A stretch of 64,000 nucleotides of DNA from a virus. The notes below the pieces were generated by a model that was not told the DNA's origin, made no database searches, and worked only from the letters and a program-made list of their open reading frames with translations. The stretch lies in the IMG/VR virus record IMGVR_UViG_3300037189_026207, positions 16,742 through 80,741 of that record. One strand, given 5' to 3'. The position numbers and the translations under genes were made by a program. Positions 19,366 through 28,091 of the stretch are shown here, piece after piece. Position 1 is the first letter of the stretch. Each line of letters starts with the position of its first letter.

Positions 19366-19613
19366 CTAATTCAGGTGGCGGTTCGTCTGGGTGGGTGTTG
19401 GTTTTTATGGTGGTTGGTTTTGCTCTGTTGCTGCAGCTGGTTGTGGGTAACTCTGGCAATACATCAACGCCTGCGCATTCAAATTCAAACACGCCGGAGC
19501 ATCGGTATGTTCGCGAGCGTTTTCGGCAAGAGGGCTTCAGCGGCAGTGACTCTGAAGCCGCCGCTCGTGCAGTTATCAAGTTCCATGAAGCGCAAAAGCA
19601 GCGTGCTCAATAA
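19362..19613 (+). CDS. Small single-TM protein
   Basis: WVLVFMVVGFALLLQLVV. Confidence 0.55.
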   Translation: MTNSGGGSSGWVLVFMVVGFALLLQLVVGNSGNTSTPAHSNSNTPEHRYVRERFRQEGFSGSDSEAAARAVIKFHEAQKQRAQ

Positions 19614-20088
19614 GCTGCGAGGGTTCTGCAAGCGAGTGCGGCGGAGTTGGGACTACGCCGTACTCGGTTGGTCAAATTATGATTTTGATTACGGCTACTT
19701 ATTAGCGGTGCTGCGTTTTAAACTAGAGCGGATGCATAAGTTCCTCTCTGGTCCAGACGCAATCGCCACTCACGATAAGCCGGCCTTGCAAAGTCTACGA
19801 TTGGCTGCTAGGCTCGCGAAGAAGCTCGAGACAGACGAATATATCTTCTTCGTCGATCGGCACAATGAAAAGTGGAAACACGTACCGACACATGAGCACA
19901 TCGAGCCTACGCCCGATGAGCGAAAAGCCGGTATTGGCATGATTAGTCGTCCAATCCGAACGCCAGAGACGGCGGCAGCGCGCACGGAGTATATCCGCGC
20001 AGTTGAAGACGACCAAAAGATTAGAGCACGAGATTTAAGGTGGTTATTCTCCATAATTGAGGAATACCACACGAGATGGTGGGATTGA
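19585..20088 (+). CDS. Hypothetical phage protein (start uncertain)
   Basis: DFDYGYLL..LRFKLERM...WWD ending, a pattern seen in phage hypotheticals. Confidence 0.6.
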   Translation: MKRKSSVLNKLRGFCKRVRRSWDYAVLGWSNYDFDYGYLLAVLRFKLERMHKFLSGPDAIATHDKPALQSLRLAARLAKKLETDEYIFFVDRHNEKWKHVPTHEHIEPTPDERKAGIGMISRPIRTPETAAARTEYIRAVEDDQKIRARDLRWLFSIIEEYHTRWWD

Positions 20089-20146
20089 AGGACTGCAGGT
20101 GTGTTGCCAGCGGGCCAGATTTACCTCTTAAACAAAAGGAGCACTT

Positions 20147-21157
20147 ATGTGCGCTAAACCCAGTTCGGCCGGTTTGCGGAAAAAGATTGCGGCAGCTACT
20201 CATACGCCTAAAAAGGTTGACGTGAAGCCGCTCAAAGTGATTTGGATGACCCCGGCGCAGTGGCATGCTGTTCCGGCAAATCCTTACCAGAAAGCTAATC
20301 GCGCTAAGCGCACAAACATCGAGCACCTTCGACATTTTGTTGAAGAGCACGCTACAGTCCGTATGGGAATTTATCCTGACGGAAAGCGCTGCAAGATCGA
20401 CGCCCACACGCGCGACGATATTTGGACAAATCGTCCGTGGCTTGTAGATTTTATTCCGGCGCGGCTACGCGTTGAGTGCTATGAAGTTGCAGACGACGAG
20501 GAGGCAGCTGCTCGTTTTCGTCGCTGTGACAACAAGAAGACAGCGAAGAACGCTGCGGATGATGTGCACGGATCTTTCCGGCTGCAGGGCATCCCGACGG
20601 AGTCGCGGTTCTTTCAAAGTGCTTCAAATATCAAAAGTCCGCTGCAGTACGCTTACGAGATTGTGGTCGCTAGCACTAATCCGCCTGGCGTTCCACACTC
20701 GCTGAAAGCCGCCACAATCGACGACTATGTAATCATGTTCAAGGACGCTCTTGTCGCCCTTGACGCGATTAACGTGAATCGATCGCGGTTGAGTGCGCCG
20801 TTTATTACGGCGTTTTTGCTTGCCTACACCAAGCACGGTGAAGACGTTCTCCCGTTCTTTATTCGGGTAAACGAGGGTACTCACGGGCGCAGGGATGGCA
20901 AATTAATGTGTCCAATTGCAGCTATTGAGCAAAAGCGTGACAAATGGGATAGCGGCGGGCGTACTGAGCATTTTGACCTGGTCGTTCAGGTTCTCGGCGC
21001 CCTCGACACATTTATGCAGCCCGCGGGCTTCCGCGATCCAAGCTACCAGCCCAAGGTTGATATGCAAAAGATCATGGAAGTTGATTTGGATCACTACTTG
21101 CTTCGCGCCAAGGCCAAGCGAACTGGCCGCACGTTGAGCAAGCGCATGACGCGGTAA
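20147..21157 (+). CDS. ParB/DGQHR-like N-terminal domain protein
   Basis: AAGGAG SD; W..VP.NP.Q...KIDAHTR..IW (DGxxR-like motif). Confidence 0.5.
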   Translation: MCAKPSSAGLRKKIAAATHTPKKVDVKPLKVIWMTPAQWHAVPANPYQKANRAKRTNIEHLRHFVEEHATVRMGIYPDGKRCKIDAHTRDDIWTNRPWLVDFIPARLRVECYEVADDEEAAARFRRCDNKKTAKNAADDVHGSFRLQGIPTESRFFQSASNIKSPLQYAYEIVVASTNPPGVPHSLKAATIDDYVIMFKDALVALDAINVNRSRLSAPFITAFLLAYTKHGEDVLPFFIRVNEGTHGRRDGKLMCPIAAIEQKRDKWDSGGRTEHFDLVVQVLGALDTFMQPAGFRDPSYQPKVDMQKIMEVDLDHYLLRAKAKRTGRTLSKRMTR

Positions 21158-21172
21158 CTTTGTTGTTTGATC

Positions 21173-21210
21173 GCAGGGGGCGGAGGCTTTCTCCGCCCCC
21201 TGCTTTATTT
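21173..21210 (+). terminator. Intrinsic terminator
   Basis: GCAGGGGGCGGAG / CTCCGCCCCCTGC perfect 13-bp stem followed by TTTATTT. Confidence 0.85.
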
Positions 21211-21221
21211 ATAGGTGTACT

Positions 21222-22184
21222 TTGTTTGAAAACTTTGGTCCGCAAAAATGGTGGATCGCAAAACTTCCCAAATTTGCTACGCAGAACTTCTCTTACAAAT
21301 ACGTAATTCAACCTGCGGCTAATTACAAAAAACGTAAATTTGCATTTAATACATATCGTGTTGTTCTTGCACATTTAAAGCGCGCTTATCGTTATTGGTT
21401 CTACCGATGCCGTGAGCTTGTGTGCAATGACCTCTGGCTCCCGACAGCGCCCGATAACAACGCGACAGTTATTCGCCGGGCCGTAGCGCATTGCTTGTAT
21501 TGCACTCCTAGCCACGTGGTGCTGCATAAAAACAAAAAACCGATACCTGTAAATCCGTGCAGCCAATATCAAATTTGTCCGTTTTGCGCCGCTCGTGTTG
21601 CGGAAGATCTATATCGAAGACTAATGCGGGCGTTGAAAACGCTAAAAACATCTGGCGCGACGGCGTGGGCCACATACCGTTGCGAGCGATATGAAGTTGC
21701 GGCGAAAGGATTTGCTGATACGGGCCTGAGCGCCGCAGAATTTCAGGCGCACGTCAAAAAGCTACGCGAAGTTCTCGCCGATGAGCGCGTCCGATATCAA
21801 AAAATTTCAAAAGAGGTTGGAACGCAAACACTGGGCGCGCTTTGGGCTGTAGTGCCGTATCCGGCTGACACGGGCTGGGTAGTTGAAATTAGGCAATTTT
21901 ATCTGACTTATCCGCAGTCGCGCCGGCCGGCGAACCGTAAGCGTAATTCCTCTGAGTTAACCTCGCAGTCTATTAATATTCGAAATACAAAGCAGGTGAT
22001 AAACTTACTTGGTAACTTTGTTACTTATCCCGCTAGTCTGCTTACTGCGCATGCGGAGTTGACTGCAGTTGTTTTACACGCCCGGCGAGGACTGAGACTT
22101 TTAAATGGAACCGGACAACTCTACCGAAAAGGCCGAGAAGCCAAAAAAGAAGAAACAATACGAACGGCAGCGCACGTCCCCTGA
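21222..22184 (+). CDS. Rep_1/HUH-like protein, apparently lacking the HUH motif
   Basis: C...PCSQYQICPFCAAR zinc motif; GWVVEIR at the GWHPHxH position; C-terminal RGLRLLNGTG. Confidence 0.45.
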   Translation: MFENFGPQKWWIAKLPKFATQNFSYKYVIQPAANYKKRKFAFNTYRVVLAHLKRAYRYWFYRCRELVCNDLWLPTAPDNNATVIRRAVAHCLYCTPSHVVLHKNKKPIPVNPCSQYQICPFCAARVAEDLYRRLMRALKTLKTSGATAWATYRCERYEVAAKGFADTGLSAAEFQAHVKKLREVLADERVRYQKISKEVGTQTLGALWAVVPYPADTGWVVEIRQFYLTYPQSRRPANRKRNSSELTSQSINIRNTKQVINLLGNFVTYPASLLTAHAELTAVVLHARRGLRLLNGTGQLYRKGREAKKEETIRTAAHVP

Positions 22185-23385
22185 GTTTGAAGCGCTAGTG
22201 GGGCGGCTTCGTTACGTCGGCGAGTTTCTATTTAGCGGTAATTTGAGCGCGTACGCAGCAGCAGTCGGCATGACCGAGGAGTGGCTGACATACGTGTTGG
22301 ATTCTGCCAATCGCGTTCGGCTCACGACTTTTATGCAGTTTGTCACGAGTGGACTGGTGTCTGCGGAGTGGTTATTTTGTGGCACAGGACCAATGTTAAT
22401 GTCTAATGTTACAGTTGATTCAATTAGTGGTAATGCATCTTTGCAAAATATTAATAGTCGTTATGCGGTTTTAAATACGGCTGCCTTAGCTCCGCTTAAG
22501 CTGCCAGAGATCCCCGAACATAAACCTTCAACTGTGGAACACAACAATGACACGACACGACAAATTATTTCTGTTGCTCGTCAAGTATTTATTTCATCAA
22601 AAAACGCTAAACCAATAATTTTGTTCGTCAATGCGGCGCCTTTAATGGCCAACATCGCGCCAATAATTGAAGAGCTGCTACGCAAGAAGTATTTGACTGG
22701 AGTTGCTCTGTCGCTTTCTGCTGCTGAACTGGACTATCAACACTCAGGGCAGACAGATCCTGGCACATTTAATGATATCGTGATTCGCGGCGGCCAATCT
22801 GGTCTTGGCTTGGGTGAGGCGTTGGGCGCTTTTATCGCGAACCGCACTACGAACGACAAGAGTGTGTTAGCGGCTGCGTATTCTGTTGGCGTACCTGTGA
22901 CGGTACACGGCAGCGTAGGTGAGTCTCCCATGCATTTCTGCGCAGCCAAAAACGGCGCAGAGCTTGGGGCGGCCTACGGCGCAACTAGTTATGTTGATTC
23001 GCTCGTGTTTGCTGAGCAGGTCCGCAACATGTCCGGCGACGCCATGAGCCTGTTTTTAAATTTGGGTTCCGTTGCGCCTGGCTTGCCGCTGCTTTCCTCT
23101 GCGATGGCTGCTGCGCAAGAAGGACTTGGTTTGACATTTAATCGATTAAAAATCTCTCGATTTACGACGAGAAAAGTGACTAGCAATTTGGACGCGTGTG
23201 TATGCGCCCCATATGACTATTCGTTAGCAAATCTTCTGAGCGCATGCGACGCAATCTTTGAGGGAGGATTCGATGTCTACGTCAATCAAAATACCGGAGA
23301 GCAGTTTGCCTCCTTCGGAATGCTTAAGCAGTGTGCTGAAAACGTTCGAGAACGCGCAGAAGAGCAACGTAAGCGCAAGAGATAA
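22105..23385 (+). CDS. HTH-like domain fused to a deoxyhypusine-synthase-like (DHS/NAD-binding fold) domain
   Basis: N-terminal CI-like SAEWLFCGTGPM; C-terminal GLGLGEALG...SVLAAAYSVGVPVTVH..VG...H...FLNLGS. Confidence 0.55.
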   Translation: MEPDNSTEKAEKPKKKKQYERQRTSPEFEALVGRLRYVGEFLFSGNLSAYAAAVGMTEEWLTYVLDSANRVRLTTFMQFVTSGLVSAEWLFCGTGPMLMSNVTVDSISGNASLQNINSRYAVLNTAALAPLKLPEIPEHKPSTVEHNNDTTRQIISVARQVFISSKNAKPIILFVNAAPLMANIAPIIEELLRKKYLTGVALSLSAAELDYQHSGQTDPGTFNDIVIRGGQSGLGLGEALGAFIANRTTNDKSVLAAAYSVGVPVTVHGSVGESPMHFCAAKNGAELGAAYGATSYVDSLVFAEQVRNMSGDAMSLFLNLGSVAPGLPLLSSAMAAAQEGLGLTFNRLKISRFTTRKVTSNLDACVCAPYDYSLANLLSACDAIFEGGFDVYVNQNTGEQFASFGMLKQCAENVRERAEEQRKRKR

Positions 23386-24430
23386 ATTTTTATTGGCCGC
23401 CGCCGCGGTACATTTGGCGCAGCGCTTATTCTCAGGTACCGGCAGTACGAATACAGCATTTCGCGAAGCGGCCGCAGTTGAGATGGCGGCTACGCTGAGC
23501 AAACTGGCTGAGTTGCCGTGGAACAGGGTAAATTTTCCGGTAGCTAGTGTGCTGACGTCGCAGACCTACGCCGACATTTTTGCAGAGCACAGCGTAAAAG
23601 ATTCTGACCGCCCGCAGGTCTTGCTCGAGAGCCTGTTTACATTTCTAAACGTGCTCGAGATGGACCCAGATTTAGGGTCAGAATCTGTTCTGCGACAAAT
23701 TTTGCAAAGTGATGCTGTAACGAGAACTGTTGCGGCTACGCCCATTGAATTGAATTATCGCGCAAACGTATTAAAGATTTTTTCGCCGGCCAACGTAGCG
23801 GCAATTGATCTTGAGCCGTTACAGATTGTTGTGTACCGCGGCGAGCTTTTAGGCGGCGGATTCGGGCCTGAGCTCTGGGGCCTGGCGTACAACCACGCGG
23901 ACGATATGACGTACGTCCTGCTCGAAACGGGCGAGTTCTTAAAATTGCCGTCGACTAATCTGTGTCTCGCAACGACGAAAGATTATGCGTCAAGCGAGGT
24001 ACCGCCGTATTTGCTGGCGTGCGGTAAATTGTTCTTTCCGCACTTCCTGCCAAAGCTGCGAGTCAATCCGGCGACGATCGCAAAATTAGATAAAAACTTC
24101 GGTTCGTTTACGGAGCCTGTCTCACTAGTTTATGCAGACGTTTCTTCGCTAGAAAATTGTGAATCTGTACTTGACAGAGCTCGCTGGACGAGCGATCATG
24201 CGGACTCGAAGGGTGCGGTTAAAACGTTTGACGTAAATAGTTCTTGGCAGATTGTGGTAAACGCGCAGCAAGCCGCTATTAGGCCATACGTTAGCAGTGT
24301 TCTCGTGAATGCCGGAACTGGGTTGGTGATCATGCGCCTCGACACTCCGCGAGAGTTTTCAGCGTACGGTATTTATTTTTATCCGGCTGGTCCGGCGTCC
24401 GCCGCTTTAATTTCTTGCCCCAATCTGTAA
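23273..24430 (+). CDS. Hypothetical protein
   Basis: GGAGG SD before ATG 23273; long ORF. Confidence 0.7.
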   Translation: MSTSIKIPESSLPPSECLSSVLKTFENAQKSNVSARDKFLLAAAAVHLAQRLFSGTGSTNTAFREAAAVEMAATLSKLAELPWNRVNFPVASVLTSQTYADIFAEHSVKDSDRPQVLLESLFTFLNVLEMDPDLGSESVLRQILQSDAVTRTVAATPIELNYRANVLKIFSPANVAAIDLEPLQIVVYRGELLGGGFGPELWGLAYNHADDMTYVLLETGEFLKLPSTNLCLATTKDYASSEVPPYLLACGKLFFPHFLPKLRVNPATIAKLDKNFGSFTEPVSLVYADVSSLENCESVLDRARWTSDHADSKGAVKTFDVNSSWQIVVNAQQAAIRPYVSSVLVNAGTGLVIMRLDTPREFSAYGIYFYPAGPASAALISCPNL

Positions 24431-24432
24431 AA

Positions 24433-25908
24433 ATGACTGCCGCCACACGTCGCCCGAGAATAGTTGTTATTGGTGATTTACTCGCCGACGTGTGGTGGCA
24501 GGCCGGGCCATCTAGCCGCAACATAGAGCACGCGGCTATGGCGTTGGTTAGCGCGCCCGGCAGCAAAAAAATTACTGCTGGCGGCGTAGGCATTGTAGCA
24601 GCGGCTTTAGGGCGTGCCGGCTTTCAAGACGTTTCTTTGTTTTCTATTATCGGGCCGCAACCCGAAGCTAGTTTAGCGTTGCGAACATTAACGCGAATCG
24701 GCGTGAATACTGAACACGTAATTCGCGATGCTGATTTCGTGACGCCAATTAAAACAAGATATATCAATGCAAATGGGCATATCCTGCTTCGGCACGATAT
24801 TGAAACAACGCCGGCGGGTCATTCTGACTTTAGTAGCGCTCTAGCCTATTTAATAAAAGATGCTGATTTTGTAGTAGTGTCAGACTATGCAAAAGGTTGT
24901 ATAACACCGCACGACCGGTTGCGTATTGTGCAGCTGTGCCAGCGCTATTCAAAACTGTTACTTGTTGACACAAAACCCAGCGTTATTGACGCGTATCGCT
25001 GCGCAAACATATTTAAATTAAATAGAGCAGAAACAGAGGCAGTAGCCGGCGCACCAACAGGCTCGTTGCTAGATACAGCGTATTTGGCTGCGTGTAAATT
25101 AAATTGTGATGCGCTAATCGCAACAGACGGCGACAACGGCGTGGTTTGGGCGTCGGCAATGCATAAAAGAAGTACGGCGGCGCCAAAAAAGCATGTCGCC
25201 GGAAATTGCGTGGGCGCTGGTGATATATTTTTCGCCGGACTGATTCTTGGATTGGCGCAGCGCGACGCGCTTGGCGGGCCTGTATCTGCTGATGATTTAG
25301 ATAAGGCAGTATTTTATGGGCTTGTTGCGGCCGGCCAGCGAGTGCGAACAAATGGGTTTAAACCGTTCTCGCCCGCGGCGATTCAACAAGAAGTTTTTCG
25401 ACATCAGACGCGATTTAATCCAGCTCGCAAGATTTGCTCGTACCGCGAATTTTGCCGACTTGCAGCGCAGCTCCGTGAATCAGGCAGACGGATCGTGTTT
25501 ACGAATGGCTGTTTTGATTTAATGCACGAGGGCCATGTCAGCACTTTGATGTGGTCGCGCAAGCAGGGTGACGCATTATTTGTTGCGGTGGATTCAGATC
25601 AAAATGTGCGGCGGCTAAAAGGCGCCACACGCCCTGTGCACGACGAAACGACTCGCGCTACAAATGTCGCGGCGCTTGAGTGCGTGGATGCTGTATGCGT
25701 CTTTGACGAAACAGCCGCGGATGAAAACATGTCTTTACGCGACCTAATCCGCGCGGTACAGCCAGCTTTTTTGACTAAGGGGCCAGACTACGCAGATAAA
25801 AAAATTGTTGGACAGGAGTTTGCCGATCAGGTTTTACTTTGCCCGCTTGTTCCGGGTAAAAGCACAACGGCATTTGTTAATAAAATGACTGGATCCTTTA
25901 ACTCGTGA
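24433..25908 (+). CDS. hldE: Bifunctional heptose-7-phosphate kinase / heptose-1-phosphate adenylyltransferase
   Basis: PfkB-type domain (VIGDLLAD, TPIKTR, VSDYAKG, GAGD) plus cytidylyltransferase-like domain (VFTNGCFDLMHEGH, DSDQNVRRLKG.TRP, KGPDY, GKSTT). Confidence 0.88.
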   Translation: MTAATRRPRIVVIGDLLADVWWQAGPSSRNIEHAAMALVSAPGSKKITAGGVGIVAAALGRAGFQDVSLFSIIGPQPEASLALRTLTRIGVNTEHVIRDADFVTPIKTRYINANGHILLRHDIETTPAGHSDFSSALAYLIKDADFVVVSDYAKGCITPHDRLRIVQLCQRYSKLLLVDTKPSVIDAYRCANIFKLNRAETEAVAGAPTGSLLDTAYLAACKLNCDALIATDGDNGVVWASAMHKRSTAAPKKHVAGNCVGAGDIFFAGLILGLAQRDALGGPVSADDLDKAVFYGLVAAGQRVRTNGFKPFSPAAIQQEVFRHQTRFNPARKICSYREFCRLAAQLRESGRRIVFTNGCFDLMHEGHVSTLMWSRKQGDALFVAVDSDQNVRRLKGATRPVHDETTRATNVAALECVDAVCVFDETAADENMSLRDLIRAVQPAFLTKGPDYADKKIVGQEFADQVLLCPLVPGKSTTAFVNKMTGSFNS

Positions 25909-26025
25909 GTTTTTGTGTCTGCACCTAGCATATGTGGTTTACTTTTTTTGACTGTTTTTTGGCCTGTTGTTTTACTTTTTTGGTGGCCTAAAGCAGGGTA
26001 GATAATTTGCATCTGGAGGCAGTTT

Positions 26026-26262
26026 ATGGCTGAGGAGACTGAAGTTGCGGCTATTAAAACGGCTAAAACAAAAAGCGGCCGCGCAATATCAATACAAGCA
26101 TGGTTTACCGATAAACTCGGCACTACTGTCGGTGACCGCATGTTTAAAGAATTTGTTCAATTTACGGCAGACGCAGCGGGTAGCGGGCCCGGCAGTCCTG
26201 GCGTATTATTAGACGTTCGTGGTGGTCGTGTTGTCTCTGTACACTCAGCAGCCTTGGAGTAA
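26026..26262 (+). CDS. Hypothetical protein
   Basis: GGAGG SD. Confidence 0.55.
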   Translation: MAEETEVAAIKTAKTKSGRAISIQAWFTDKLGTTVGDRMFKEFVQFTADAAGSGPGSPGVLLDVRGGRVVSVHSAALE

Positions 26263-26265
26263 AAA

Positions 26266-26562
26266 ATGCCGCTATCTGCAGACAAATTAGCTCGCTGTAA
26301 CGAAGCCCTCACCGCGCTGCATCAGCTTCGCGGCGATTACGGCGATGTGCTTATTGTTCTTGACTACGTATCTCTTGCGGACGTCAACAACTACCAATCA
26401 GATACGGACGACAAACGCGCCGGAGACGTACTTACCGAGGAGGAAATGTCTGGCGTGTTATGGCATGTCGGCAAACAGGTAGGCGGCACAAGCCCAGATC
26501 TTATTGCGGCTCATGTGGAGTACGCGCTAGACGAGCACACTCGACGAAATACGCCGCAGTGA
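26266..26562 (+). CDS. Hypothetical protein
   Basis: GGAG SD. Confidence 0.55.
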   Translation: MPLSADKLARCNEALTALHQLRGDYGDVLIVLDYVSLADVNNYQSDTDDKRAGDVLTEEEMSGVLWHVGKQVGGTSPDLIAAHVEYALDEHTRRNTPQ

Positions 26563-26588
26563 TTTGACGCCAAAGACAAATAACTTTT

Positions 26589-26662
26589 GGGCCTCTAGCT
26601 CAATTGGTTAGAGCATCGGACTTTTAATCCGTTGGTTCTGGGTTCGAGTCCCAGGGGGCCCA
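26589..26662 (+). tRNA. tRNA-Lys (anticodon TTT)
   Basis: GGGCCTC/GGGGCCC acceptor stem, TAGCTCAATTGGTTAGAGC D arm, CTTTTAA anticodon loop, GGTTCGAGTCC T arm; CCA not encoded. Confidence 0.95.
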
Positions 26663-26842
26663 TCACCCCGGGCATGCTGATGTCCAGAGCGCCATGGCTC
26701 AAGCCGCTGCCTTCATTGCCGGCGGCTCAGCACCCTAGTCATGAGTGGGTTTGTAACCATGAAGCCGGCGGTGTTTAAGCTAAGACGGGATTCCTCACGG
26801 ACGCGCGCCGGAAGTCGTAAACGCAAGGAAGAAAGCGCAGGT
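26663..26842 (+). ncRNA. Putative structured RNA between two tRNAs
   Basis: Stems GGGCAT/ATGTCC; CATGG/CCATG enclosing AGCCGC/GCGGCT and ACCC/GGGT; CCGGCG-GTGTTT/GGACGC-G-CGCCGG; no convincing ORF. Confidence 0.45.
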
Positions 26843-26913
26843 TGCCCGATGGTGTAACGGTAGCACAAGAGATTTTGGTTCTCTTTGTCTAGGTTCAAAT
26901 CCTAGTCGGGCAT
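26843..26913 (+). tRNA. tRNA-Gln (anticodon TTG)
   Basis: TGCCCGA/TCGGGCA acceptor stem, AGAGA-TTTTGGT-TCTCT anticodon arm, GGTTCAAATCC T arm. Confidence 0.95.
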
Positions 26914-26941
26914 TGGTTAGCAATTTTAACAGGAGACACAA

Positions 26942-27205
26942 ATGTCTGATCGTTTTGCGCTAGAAACTGAAATTTTGAATTTCTCTAACGTCGCCGATGA
27001 CATAGACAACATCTGCGAAGCGGTACTAGAGCGCGATATGCACACCGACGACATTGCAAATGCCTTGATTGGTTTGTCTACGTTGCTCCGGCTGCGCGTA
27101 GAAAAGACATTCGACACGTTCAAGGCCGCATTTAAATTAGACGAGTACAGTTCACTACACTCTGCTACAGGTGCCGCCAGTGCATGCTCCGAAGAAGACG
27201 AGTAA
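26942..27205 (+). CDS. Hypothetical phage protein
   Basis: AGGAG SD; DRFALE.EI...DDI motif. Confidence 0.65.
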   Translation: MSDRFALETEILNFSNVADDIDNICEAVLERDMHTDDIANALIGLSTLLRLRVEKTFDTFKAAFKLDEYSSLHSATGAASACSEEDE

Positions 27206-27410
27206 GAAACAGCGCGTTATTATTGGCTTATTGACGATCCAAGATCACCTAAATGATTTGCTGTTAGAGCTGTGCCCGCCCTGCCCAGATTGCTGCCCCC
27301 CGCGCGGCCCGTGTGAGCCAGGAGAAGTTCACGATTATGGCCGCGGGGAGATATACATGTGCGATACGTGTAACGGGCGCGGATACATGCTCCCATCTGA
27401 CGAAGATTAG
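27171..27410 (+). CDS. Small Cys-rich protein
   Basis: CPDC...CDTCNGRG (DnaJ-like zinc-finger half repeat). Confidence 0.45.
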   Translation: MPPVHAPKKTSKKQRVIIGLLTIQDHLNDLLLELCPPCPDCCPPRGPCEPGEVHDYGRGEIYMCDTCNGRGYMLPSDED

Positions 27411-27425
27411 CCACCGGAGGCGACC

Positions 27426-28082
27426 ATGGGTAAAATAATATTTGGAGGTCAAACCATGGCGCCGGCATTCGACACATCGAGAATGTCACCGGATGAATTC
27501 AAATTTATCCGGCTGTATTGCGCTACAGCTCGTAATGATTATTACGCTGTGATGACAGCTGTCGCGCTCGCAGACCCGGCAGAACTGGGATTGACGTGTC
27601 CCTTTTCCGCCGCAAAAATGGCTTTTGGTTTTCAGGGTATGTACCGCGAGTACGCGCACAAATTCGCCGAGATCGGCGCAAAACACATTTCAGAAAAGAC
27701 CGCAGAAGAGTGCCTGCCGCCCCTGCTGCCGTCCTTAGACGATGTCGGAAAAATATTTACGATGTCGTTTTTCAAGATAGTGGATTCGGCCACGCAAAAA
27801 GCAATAGTTACGCCATCAAACAAAGTACCGCACGACGGGTGGAGCAGTGGGCGACCGGCAGACTGGCAGCATTCGTTAAAGTCGCTGCACGAGATTCAAA
27901 AACAAAAGAATCCGGCTGCAGATTTAAATCTTTTATTCAGCAAACTGTTTTCAATATTTATGGGGTATACATTTTACAATCAGCCGGGGCTACCCGCTCC
28001 CGATGATTACAACGACGATTACGACCCCTACGACGATTATTATGGCGAGGATGACGACGATAGTGATTACTACTTCAAATAG
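27426..28082 (+). CDS. Hypothetical protein with acidic D/Y tail
   Basis: GGAGG SD. Confidence 0.6.
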   Translation: MGKIIFGGQTMAPAFDTSRMSPDEFKFIRLYCATARNDYYAVMTAVALADPAELGLTCPFSAAKMAFGFQGMYREYAHKFAEIGAKHISEKTAEECLPPLLPSLDDVGKIFTMSFFKIVDSATQKAIVTPSNKVPHDGWSSGRPADWQHSLKSLHEIQKQKNPAADLNLLFSKLFSIFMGYTFYNQPGLPAPDDYNDDYDPYDDYYGEDDDDSDYYFK

Positions 28083-28091
28083 GGAGTAATT

